Of a stretch of 64,000 nucleotides of DNA, positions 10,986 through 19,622 are shown piece after piece (the first letter of the stretch is position 1; every line of letters starts with the position of its first letter). Under the pieces are notes generated by a model, which saw only the letters and a list, made by a program, of their open reading frames with translations, had not been told where the DNA came from and did no database searches. Origin of the DNA: Spirochaetaceae bacterium (lineage in GTDB: Bacteria > Spirochaetota > Spirochaetia > DSM-2461); NCBI GenBank assembly GCA_051531975.1, contig JAOPTT010000002.1, positions 377,968 to 441,967 of the forward strand, written 5' to 3'. A program made the translations under genes and the position numbers.

Positions 10986-11969
10986 ATGTCAGAAGAGAAT
11001 GTGACAAATATGGTTAAAAAGCCAAATTCTCGGTTTATTACTATTGTAATAATTGTTGTAGCAGTACTATTAGTTGGTGCTAACAGCTTTTATATAGTAT
11101 CACCGCAAGAAGAGGCTGTAGTTCTTAATTTTGGTAAGTTTCAATCTATGGAACAATCGGGATTACACTTTAAAATACCAGTAATACAGAAGGTTTATAC
11201 AGTTAAAACTAAAGAAGTTAAAATAATGAACTTTGGTTTCATTCAACAATCTGGTGAGGATTCAACATATAGAGGAATCCCTGAAGAGTCCAACCTATTA
11301 ACAGGAGATTCTAATATATTAGATATTAGATGGAGTATTCAGTACCAGATAACAAGTCCTAGAGATTGGTTATTTAATGTATATGACAGAGGAAATAGTA
11401 CACTTAATAGAGAGAAAACTATTAAGGATATAAGTCTGTCTGTTGTTAATAAAATTATTGGAGATAACTCTTTAAATAGAATATTCGAAGGTGATAGAGA
11501 TACACTTAAATTCCAAGCATTAGAAGAAATGAATGAAAAAGTAAGAAAAGTTGGTCTAGGTATCGATATCCTGAGAGTTGAGTTTGATACTGTTGCTGCA
11601 CCTGAGGGTGAAGTTCAACAAGCATTTAGCGATGTAACTGCAGCTACAGTTGAGAGAGATAGATACTTAGATGAAGGTGAAGTTTACAGAAGTACACAGC
11701 TACCTAAAGCTAAGGGTGAGGCTCAGAAACAGAGAGAGATGGCAAACGGTTATGCAATTGAAAGAGTTAACCTTGCAAAGGGTGATGTTGCTAAGTTTAG
11801 TGCAATTTACAAAGAGTATAAAAAGAATCCAACAATAACTAGACAACGTATGTACTATGAAATGATGGAAAATCTTGTTAAAAACTCAGGTCAAATTGAC
11901 TTAATAGACAAAGATTTAACGAATTTTATACCTTTCAAAAGTCTTAATGCTCAGGGAGGTCTAGAATAA
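10986..11969 (+). CDS. hflK: FtsH protease modulator HflK
   Basis: N-terminal TM plus SPFH domain (GLHFKIP, LLTGDSNI, RQRMYYE); paired with hflC. Confidence 0.9.
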   Translation: MSEENVTNMVKKPNSRFITIVIIVVAVLLVGANSFYIVSPQEEAVVLNFGKFQSMEQSGLHFKIPVIQKVYTVKTKEVKIMNFGFIQQSGEDSTYRGIPEESNLLTGDSNILDIRWSIQYQITSPRDWLFNVYDRGNSTLNREKTIKDISLSVVNKIIGDNSLNRIFEGDRDTLKFQALEEMNEKVRKVGLGIDILRVEFDTVAAPEGEVQQAFSDVTAATVERDRYLDEGEVYRSTQLPKAKGEAQKQREMANGYAIERVNLAKGDVAKFSAIYKEYKKNPTITRQRMYYEMMENLVKNSGQIDLIDKDLTNFIPFKSLNAQGGLE

Positions 11970-12892
11970 TGCCTAAAAAATCGACACTTATAACACTTAT
12001 AGTAGTATTTGCAGTTGTAGTACTATTTTTTAACTCAATGTTTATTGTAGAAGAGGGTTACCAAGCAATAACAGTTCGAGTTGGTAGAATTGTAAATACC
12101 TATACAAATGCTGGAATTAACTTTAAAGCACCATTTGTAGATAAAGCTGAAATTTTTCCTAAAAAGACACTAACATGGAATAATAAACCAAAGGATATTA
12201 TCACAAACGATAAAGAGTATCTTCAGGTTAACGTTACAGTTAGATGGAAAATTGTAGACCTTGTAACTTTCTACGAAACAAATAGAAGTATTCAGGGATC
12301 TTACGGGAAACTTGATACTATATTAGACCCAGAAATTAAGTCAGTTATTGCTGCTAACGATAGAGTTGAAGTAGTTAGAACAACAAATGATATGTTAAAT
12401 GACCAATATAAAACTTCTGAATCTAAATCTATTTCTACTGGTCGTGATGTTATATCTAGAACTATTAAAGAAAATGTAGAAGATAGTTTTAAGAAAATGG
12501 GTATAGAGATAATCGATGTTATTTTTAAACAGGTACGTTTTAGTGATACTTTAACAAGATCTGTTTACGATAGAATGATTAAATCTAGAAAGGTTATCGC
12601 CGAGGAGTACCGATCTACAGGTATTGGTGAGAAGCAGAGAATTATTGGTGAAACTGATAAACAAGTTTTAACTCTTAGTTCTGCAGCCCAAGCCTATGTT
12701 CAAGAAAAACAAGGTGAAGCCGATGCTGAAGCTGCAAAGATTTATGCTGATGCATACAATATCGATGCTGGTGCATCTGATTTCTACAACTTCTGGAGAG
12801 CAATGGAATCTTACCAAATGACTCTACCTAAGTTTAATAAAACACTTTCAACTGACATGGATTATTTTAAATACATGTACAGTCCTAACTAA
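11969..12892 (+). CDS. hflC: FtsH protease modulator HflC
   Basis: SPFH domain with VYDRMIKSR, FYNFWRAMESY and FKYM; TAATG coupling to hflK. Confidence 0.9.
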   Translation: MPKKSTLITLIVVFAVVVLFFNSMFIVEEGYQAITVRVGRIVNTYTNAGINFKAPFVDKAEIFPKKTLTWNNKPKDIITNDKEYLQVNVTVRWKIVDLVTFYETNRSIQGSYGKLDTILDPEIKSVIAANDRVEVVRTTNDMLNDQYKTSESKSISTGRDVISRTIKENVEDSFKKMGIEIIDVIFKQVRFSDTLTRSVYDRMIKSRKVIAEEYRSTGIGEKQRIIGETDKQVLTLSSAAQAYVQEKQGEADAEAAKIYADAYNIDAGASDFYNFWRAMESYQMTLPKFNKTLSTDMDYFKYMYSPN

Positions 12893-12911
12893 AAATATAA
12901 AAACAATAATA

Positions 12912-12938
12912 GCCCACATAGAAATATGTGGGTTTTTT
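12912..12938 (+). terminator. intrinsic terminator after hflC
   Basis: GCCCACATA-gaaa-TATGTGGGT followed by a T run. Confidence 0.85.
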
Positions 12939-12964
12939 ATTTATAAAGGTTTATAATTAAAATT

Positions 12965-13423
12965 ATGACTTATGATATAGAAACTGTAGACCAATATATA
13001 AAAGAAATTCCGGCTGCTAGAGCAGTTGTAATAGAAAAATTAAGATCTATATTATTAAAGAACCTACCAGAAGGTTTTGAAGAGACAATATTATACAAAA
13101 TGCCATCTTATGTGATACCGCACTCTATTTACCCAGATGGATACCACTGCAATCCAAAAGATCCCCTACCCTTCATATCTATTGCATCTCAAAAGAATTT
13201 TATTGCATTCTACCACATGGGAATTTATGCAAATACAGAGCTTTTAGAGTGGTTTCAATTAAAATATATAGACCTCGAAATAGGAAAACTAGATATGGGA
13301 AAAAGTTGTATTAGATTTAAAAACTTAAAAAAAATACCCTATGACCTTCTAGAAGAATTAGTAAAAAAAATTACTGTAGAAGAATGGATAGGGCTTTATG
13401 AATATAGTAAAAAGAAAACTTAA
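12965..13423 (+). CDS. DUF1801 (YdhG-like) protein
   Basis: YPDGYHC, LPFISIASQKNFI and LDMGKSCIRFK motifs. Confidence 0.85.
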   Translation: MTYDIETVDQYIKEIPAARAVVIEKLRSILLKNLPEGFEETILYKMPSYVIPHSIYPDGYHCNPKDPLPFISIASQKNFIAFYHMGIYANTELLEWFQLKYIDLEIGKLDMGKSCIRFKNLKKIPYDLLEELVKKITVEEWIGLYEYSKKKT

Positions 13424-13977
13424 CCCATATATACTTTTAATACAGCAATATCTTTAAGGTAGTCTATCTTTTCAATAAAAACATCGTTAATTTTATAACC
13501 TGTTCTAGATTCTAAAACTTCAATCAGTTCAGTTTTTTTATCTTTATGGATTAATTTAATATCCTCGAATATTATTCTCTTATAAGCTTTGTAATTTCTT
13601 AACCACTTTTTTTCCATGATATAAGTTGCTAAAACGATTATAATATTTGCAAATGCTATCTCGTAAATGCTTAAACCAGATGTAACAGTTGAGTTAATTA
13701 TTGCTACAACTATTGAAATGAACATATATGTCATCTCTTTTATAGGTAGTGGTTCTGTTCTATATCTTAAGATTGAGAATATTGCAAAAATACCAAATGC
13801 GAAACCTGTATTAAGATCACTTTTACTTAACAAACTTGATACAAAAAAGATAAGAATGTTAAAAATAATAAAGTTAAATAGATACTCTGAATTCCTATTT
13901 ATTTTGTAATAAATCCCCCAAGTTAAAATAACAATTACAACTGCATTTATAAGAAACCTTAATAATAATACGTCCAT
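13420..13977 (-). CDS. DUF4956 membrane protein
   Basis: GFAFGIFAIFSILRYRT and KEMTYMF motifs, several TM helices and a soluble C-terminal domain. Confidence 0.88.
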   Translation of the reverse strand: MDVLLLRFLINAVVIVILTWGIYYKINRNSEYLFNFIIFNILIFFVSSLLSKSDLNTGFAFGIFAIFSILRYRTEPLPIKEMTYMFISIVVAIINSTVTSGLSIYEIAFANIIIVLATYIMEKKWLRNYKAYKRIIFEDIKLIHKDKKTELIEVLESRTGYKINDVFIEKIDYLKDIAVLKVYMG

Positions 13978-14760
13978 TTACGATACCCTCTCTAATTTAT
14001 AATTTTCTTCTTTGTCTATATTATTTGAGCTTAGAAGTTTATTTATCTCTCTAATTTTTATATTCATATTATTCTGTTTAACTTCAGAGTAGTGACTTGA
14101 TATTCCAAGACAGTACTTACTAAAAGACAGTGGCTTTATTCTGTATTCCTGAAGTTTATTAATCATTTTTGAGTCTCTTTTGTCACCTTCAAACTTAACT
14201 TCTATTATAGCTAAACCTTCATGTGCAGAATCGTAATTCCCCGAGGAATAACTTAGATTAAAATCTACTGTCACCCTCTCTGTCATACTTTTATCAACTA
14301 GTGTAATTCTGTTATATTTAACCTCAATTTTCTCTTCTAAGCCCTCGGTCGAGAACGGTAGATGTTTATTCAAAAAATCCATGTTATCTAATAAGCTATC
14401 TTGTCCTGTTGTCTCTACACGTCTTTTTATAGTTCTCTTTTTGTTATTTTTGAACTTCAGTTCAAGAAATTGTTGCCCTGTTAAACCGTAGGTTCGGCTT
14501 CGAACCTTATATCTGTTTTGTTTCCCATTCTGATGAGACGTATAAAGTCCAAAGTCAGGCATATCATAATAAACAGATGAATATGGCATAATCTTAATAC
14601 CCTCAATTTCTAATATAAAATACTCATCTAAAACGCTATTTAGAACAGTTAATAAGCTATTGCTTGAAACAGTATATTTACATTCTTTTCTATTCATAAG
14701 CTTTACTGTATCCATATTTTTAAGATTTATAGATTCAAAGTTATTTAATAAAGTATTCAT
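13978..14760 (-). CDS. VTC (polyphosphate polymerase-like, TTM fold) domain protein
   Basis: RKECKY, SVYYD, RYKVRSRTY, FLELK, RVTVD, IIEVK and FSKYCLG motifs. Confidence 0.9.
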   Translation of the reverse strand: MNTLLNNFESINLKNMDTVKLMNRKECKYTVSSNSLLTVLNSVLDEYFILEIEGIKIMPYSSVYYDMPDFGLYTSHQNGKQNRYKVRSRTYGLTGQQFLELKFKNNKKRTIKRRVETTGQDSLLDNMDFLNKHLPFSTEGLEEKIEVKYNRITLVDKSMTERVTVDFNLSYSSGNYDSAHEGLAIIEVKFEGDKRDSKMINKLQEYRIKPLSFSKYCLGISSHYSEVKQNNMNIKIREINKLLSSNNIDKEENYKLERVS

Positions 14761-14791
14761 TTTGACATCCTTTAAATTTTATTTGTAAAAG

Positions 14792-14823
14792 TTCACCTAG
14801 AGGGAGGAAACTCTCTAGGTGAA
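14792..14823. terminator. strong intercistronic hairpin between cotH and the VTC gene
   Basis: TTCACCTAGAG...CTCTAGGTGAA perfect 11-bp stem; only a short U run follows on the minus strand. Confidence 0.65.
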
Positions 14824-14827
14824 TAGT

Positions 14828-16216
14828 TTATTTTTCTAAATAAAGGTCTACTGCTTTGTTTCTATTAACAACATGTGTCTTTAAAGACTCTACATCGTAT
14901 TTTGAACTGTACTCTTTTAACAAATCATAATATTTGTTATATATTGCTGTCATTTTATTAGTTGTAAAAACTTCTGATGTAAACTGATCTAGGTATTTAT
15001 TATATATAGCCTTATACTCTTTATTATCTAAAATATAATTTATTAAAGGCCAATCTTCTGAAACTTCGTTTAATGATAAAGTAGTTAGTCCCTGTTTACC
15101 TTGTTGCAGTGCTTCATTATTATCCCAAGGAATCCAATTTAACAATCCTGTTTCTGGGTCATTGTAAAGATAAAAGTTATGGCTCATTTTTCCATAAGTA
15201 TCCCAGTTTTGAATACTACTATTAGCTGCCAACCATTTTAAAAAACCATCAACATTAAATACATCTTCTAATTTAGATTTCCACTTAGTAACATTTGTAA
15301 TTCTTAAGGAACTATTTATCATTTCATATAGAGATTTAACATCTGAGTAATCGGCTTCTTTTTTATTACTCTTTTTTTCCATATCATTTTCATTAAATGT
15401 TCCCCCAGCAAATGTAGCTCCAGAACCTTCTGGTTTGTATAGGTTACCAGAATCATCACCTAACTGGGTATCAATAACAGTATCATCCATCTCTTCTACA
15501 ATTGTATAAATACCTAAAGATTTAACACCTTCACCAAAGTCTATATATATCTGACAAAATGATGTTTGTGCTGAAACTAGACCCCATTCTCTAAATAGAT
15601 CCGAAGCTACTTTCTCTCTCATTAAAGATTTATCATTAAAATTGTTATTAAGATTTAACTGTTCAAATCCATAAAATGTTCTATCTTCAACTTCGGGATA
15701 ATCTTCATCTAATTTATCAAAATCTAACTTAAATGATTTTTTAAGATCGCCACTATAAAAAGCATCTTTTAGACTAGAATTACCTTTAAATCTAATTCCA
15801 ACATGTTCCCAAGTTTGATTCTCAAAAGTTATAGATGATTCGACCCAGATAGGATCAAAATCTACTAAATTAACTCCGTTGACACCAATATTATTATTAA
15901 TTGGTGCATCACCAGGTATTTCTCTCATGGGTCTATCAGCCATTGAATCATTACCCATTGGTCGTGGTCCAGTAGGTCTTGGTCCAGTTGGTCTAGTTCC
16001 CATAGCTGGTGCTCCACCACCTCTGTTATTGCCATTTTCTGGAAAGTTATCAACTAAGTCCTGATTCATAGCCTCCCAGTCATCCTTATCAATTTTAATA
16101 TTAATTGTTAAAAGTTCTGATTGGTTAAAAACAGTCCCATATATTGGTGTATTTTCTTTACTATAAATATTAAACATTGTTATTAATAATAACATGATTA
16201 TATAGTTTCTCTTCAT
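14828..16216 (-). CDS. secreted CotH-family atypical protein kinase
   Basis: Signal peptide MKRNYIIMLLLITMF; VGIRFKGNSS, KSFKLDFD, SLMRE, GNLYKP, NWDTY..HNFYLY and WIPWDNN; start ATG 16216 with AGGGG RBS. Confidence 0.9.
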   Translation of the reverse strand: MKRNYIIMLLLITMFNIYSKENTPIYGTVFNQSELLTINIKIDKDDWEAMNQDLVDNFPENGNNRGGGAPAMGTRPTGPRPTGPRPMGNDSMADRPMREIPGDAPINNNIGVNGVNLVDFDPIWVESSITFENQTWEHVGIRFKGNSSLKDAFYSGDLKKSFKLDFDKLDEDYPEVEDRTFYGFEQLNLNNNFNDKSLMREKVASDLFREWGLVSAQTSFCQIYIDFGEGVKSLGIYTIVEEMDDTVIDTQLGDDSGNLYKPEGSGATFAGGTFNENDMEKKSNKKEADYSDVKSLYEMINSSLRITNVTKWKSKLEDVFNVDGFLKWLAANSSIQNWDTYGKMSHNFYLYNDPETGLLNWIPWDNNEALQQGKQGLTTLSLNEVSEDWPLINYILDNKEYKAIYNKYLDQFTSEVFTTNKMTAIYNKYYDLLKEYSSKYDVESLKTHVVNRNKAVDLYLEK

Positions 16217-16266
16217 CTTAAAACCCCTTGTACTAAGAGAACTATATAATATAAATGAATTTACTT

Positions 16267-16303
16267 GGTTAACACTTTGTAAAACAATTGTAAACTTTGT
16301 AAA
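16267..16303 (-). promoter_or_regulatory. PhoP/OmpR-box-like direct repeats upstream of cotH
   Basis: Minus strand TTTACA-n3-TTTACA-n5-TTTACA-n5-TTAACC; the last three are at an 11-bp period. Confidence 0.55.
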
Positions 16304-16400
16304 CATCTAGAATTTGTATTTCAAACTATACTCTATTGTTTTGAATGATGTAAATTTTAAACTATTTTGATATTTCATAACCCAAATTAATATGACTATA

Positions 16401-16849
16401 TTAGGAAGAGATAGGAATATTTTTAAGATTAAATGCTACAGTAACAAAGAGTTGTATTCCCTGCCTCAAAACATCATCGGGAAAATCAAAGTCTGCTGCG
16501 TGAAGAGGCGATGTCTCATCTCCAAGTCCCAGAAGAAGAATGGCTCCCGCCTTTTCATCTGTATAAAAAGAGAAATCTTCAGAGACTGTTTTTGCATGAG
16601 TTTCATTGACTACGGCCTGTATATCTTCATATTGAGATGAAGCTTCTTTCAGAATTTGATTTTAATCACTTAGGAAACCGCCATCTTTGGAAACAGGTTT
16701 AAAATATTTGGAGGTATATTATGTTTTAACAAGGCATTAGCAAACTCAGCACCCTTCCTATACTCAATAATATCCCAACCATCCATAAAATGGACAGTCT
16801 TGAGATTTGCTTGGAAAATTTGCCTATTTTCCTCATAGAGTAACCAAGT
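16401..16849 (-). pseudogene. chimeric relic: internal fragment of an N-acyltransferase joined to the 3' part of an M20 amidohydrolase
   Basis: 16429-16736 aligns without gaps to 19639-19946 and 16732-16849 aligns to 20978-21095; in-frame TAA at 16719-16721 and 16662-16664. Confidence 0.9.
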
Positions 16850-16956
16850 TTGCGGAGTGTTCGTAATAATCTGAGACAGGGAAAGCCTGTGACATGGTAG
16901 AGAGCCTATTTGGGAATAAGTTTGCTAACTTTATTACAATAAAAGGTGTCTATATA

Positions 16957-19164
16957 CTAAGCAGTTATTAATATCTGATATGTAAAATAAAGAGCAGCTA
17001 TAGCATCATCATATAAAATATCATTTTCACTACTTTTTATTTTATTGTCAGCTTCAATTACAATAGCTGATAATAGATTGTTTAAAGGAGTCGAATTATC
17101 AGTCCTTTTATCCTTTAAAACACTATAACAAAATTCCCATATTCTATTTTTATTTCCAGATTTAAACCATTTTATTAATTCATGATGTTTTACATTAAAC
17201 AGATCTAGATCCCTTGTATCCTGTAAAAAATCTTTGAGCCCATCACCTTTCTTCTGATTATTAGATGAGTAAATATTTGATAATTTAGGTTTAAAATCAA
17301 ATAGAGCGGATACCAGAGAGTAATATGTCTGCCTAAAGATACCATCTGTATACTCCCGGGGATAAATAAATGTCTGTTTAAATATATTTCCTTCCTCATC
17401 CATATTTTTTAGTGCTATAAGGTAATTTATTTTATCCCATGCTTCTATAGCATCTAATGAAAGTTTTGTTATTTTGTCTATGTTCTGCTTATAACCGATT
17501 CTTCCAAGTGATTTTGCCGCAGTAGATCTAATTGCAGAGTTTTTATCATCTAAAAGCTTTATAAGAATATTTTCAACCCTGGTATCAGAATATGCTCCCA
17601 AAGCAAATATGGCTTTCTTTTGATGGTATGAACCTGAGTCAGAAGCTTCGTCTAATATTTGTGGTAATAAAGCATCTCTTGGGTGGCTAAATAAGGATTT
17701 TATGACATCGCCTTTATGTGGAGACAATGGTGAAGCTAATATGGAACGCAACTCCTCAGTGGCTATATTTGCATCATTTTGACTAATTGACAAAATTACA
17801 TTCTTAATTTTAACAGGATCCTTTATTGTATCTAACTTACCAATATCATTATAGGCACGTAATCCTTCTGATGAGAAAAGTATTGCCATTGTCTCTTTGG
17901 CTGATAAACTGCCTACATCAATTATTTTTAAACTGAGAATTACCATAACCATACTTAATATGAACATTAATAAAAACATCAAACTGAAGTTATTTGGTAA
18001 TAATTGAGTCCATGACTGACCGGCATCAATTAAGATTCCCCCTAAAATACCGGTTAAGAATGAGAAGATTGCGGTTATGAATTTAATCATTGAGTTATAT
18101 GCAAATGAGTCTGTTTCAGGCATTGTATTTACAAGAACTCTATTGATTAATACATTATTTGAAAGTAGAAAAAAGTTTGTTAAAAGTCCCAGGATAAAAA
18201 ACATATATTTAGGTATAGTAGATATATTATTTCCCGGAAGCAACATCCAGATAATCAAAAAAATAGATAATAGGATATTCATACCAATTAATAATGGCCG
18301 GCTTCCAATTCTATCTGAATAGTTTTTTGTAAATAGTCCTGAAAGTATATTTGCAAATGCAATTATCATTGTATAAAGAAATATATAATTAGCTGTAATT
18401 CCAACTTCCTTCCTTAAAAAAACAATAGTTAATCCGTTAAGAACCATTACACAGATAGATATCCATCTGAATAACAGTGGATACTTGCGTTTTTTATTAT
18501 GCATAGACTCTTTAAATATAACAAAAAGATTACGGCTCTTATGGTACTCTACAGTCTCCCTGCAAGGGATTTTTCGAAACTGCAATACTGCTGCAGTATT
18601 AATTATGGATCCAAAAACCTGTAGTAGTAATATTCCTGTTGTTCCAGATAATAATTTAAACGATGTAATAATAAAGCTGATAAGCTTTGATACTAGTGCT
18701 GTACTCTGAAATGCGATATTTAGCTTTGCAAATACAATGCCTCTATTTCCAGAGGTTGTAACCATTTTAATTAATGGATTCTCAATAACCACACCAACCA
18801 TTCTTGCACTACAAAAAAGTGTATAAACAATTAATATAAGAAGTACTGCACTCCGACCTTCAAGAAAAAATAGAGCAAGATAGATTAATACAAACATTCC
18901 ACGTAAAAACCATGCTGTAGATTGAACCTTAATTAGATTCTTTCCAGCCAATAATTTTGGTAAAATTACAAGTATGAACCCTGTTAGAAAAATTACTGAA
19001 GATATGTAACCTAGCTCAATATTAGTAGCGCCAAATCCAATCGCTAATAGATATACAGGGGTTGCCCCCATGAAGTTAAAAGCCATTCCATTAAAAGCCT
19101 GGAATGTATATAATTTTTTTTGACCTATTTTTTTCTCTTCTTCAGATAAAAACTTTGTTAACAT
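16957..19164 (-). CDS. MFS transporter fused to a C-terminal HEAT-repeat domain
   Basis: About 12 TM helices with SDRIGSRP motif, then AIFALGAY and DDKNSAIRSTAAKSLGRIG; start ATG 19164 with GGAG RBS. Confidence 0.82.
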   Translation of the reverse strand: MLTKFLSEEEKKIGQKKLYTFQAFNGMAFNFMGATPVYLLAIGFGATNIELGYISSVIFLTGFILVILPKLLAGKNLIKVQSTAWFLRGMFVLIYLALFFLEGRSAVLLILIVYTLFCSARMVGVVIENPLIKMVTTSGNRGIVFAKLNIAFQSTALVSKLISFIITSFKLLSGTTGILLLQVFGSIINTAAVLQFRKIPCRETVEYHKSRNLFVIFKESMHNKKRKYPLLFRWISICVMVLNGLTIVFLRKEVGITANYIFLYTMIIAFANILSGLFTKNYSDRIGSRPLLIGMNILLSIFLIIWMLLPGNNISTIPKYMFFILGLLTNFFLLSNNVLINRVLVNTMPETDSFAYNSMIKFITAIFSFLTGILGGILIDAGQSWTQLLPNNFSLMFLLMFILSMVMVILSLKIIDVGSLSAKETMAILFSSEGLRAYNDIGKLDTIKDPVKIKNVILSISQNDANIATEELRSILASPLSPHKGDVIKSLFSHPRDALLPQILDEASDSGSYHQKKAIFALGAYSDTRVENILIKLLDDKNSAIRSTAAKSLGRIGYKQNIDKITKLSLDAIEAWDKINYLIALKNMDEEGNIFKQTFIYPREYTDGIFRQTYYSLVSALFDFKPKLSNIYSSNNQKKGDGLKDFLQDTRDLDLFNVKHHELIKWFKSGNKNRIWEFCYSVLKDKRTDNSTPLNNLLSAIVIEADNKIKSSENDILYDDAIAALYFTYQILITA

Positions 19165-19290
19165 GTTCTCTCCATTTAATACATTTATCAAATATCATGT
19201 TTATATCGAAACAGATATTAACGAAAAGGAGGTGTTCATCTATATGTTTCTGATAAAATTCCTCTATTTTTTTATAGTTAATGCTCAATA

Positions 19291-19320
19291 TTATTTAACT
19301 GCACCGGCAGTTATGCATCC
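19291..19320 (-). pseudogene. possible C-terminal remnant of a carbohydrate ABC permease
   Basis: Reads GCITAGAVK-stop, matching the typical G-x-T-A-G-A-V-K end of MalG-type permeases; very short. Confidence 0.45.
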
Positions 19321-19349
19321 TATTATTTGAATTCTTAAAGTAATATATC

Positions 19350-19565
19350 TTATTGCAGTATCAGTTCATCTAATGTACGTTTTGGAACATGATGAATTAA
19401 TTTCACCTGTTGAATTTGACATATATACTTCATTGGCTGTTTGTTTGCAGCTGAGGGAGTTAAACGTGATAGATATATAAGACCTCGTAAAATTTCAGAA
19501 TCAATTTTATGTTCCTAATTATATCTTCTGTATGATCTATTTTTAAGTATTACATCTCGAATCAA
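19350..19565 (-). pseudogene. nitroreductase-family pseudogene (premature stop and internal deletion)
   Basis: AGGAG RBS, TTG start, MIRDVILKNRSYRRYN*EHKIDSEILRGLIYLSRLTPSAANKQPMKYI...HHVPKRTLDELILQ; TAG at 19515-19517. Confidence 0.85.
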
Positions 19566-19622
19566 AGCCTTATCTCCTTTTAATAACCGTATCCCTTGTT
19601 GAATATTTTCAGTACCAATATA

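Noticed and set aside
16392..16640. 82-aa plus-strand ORF
   Set aside because: Antisense shadow of the amidohydrolase relic
19515..19517. In-frame TAG considered as pyrrolysine or read-through recoding
   Set aside because: The gene also lacks its central part and no pyl genes are present; simple decay explains it
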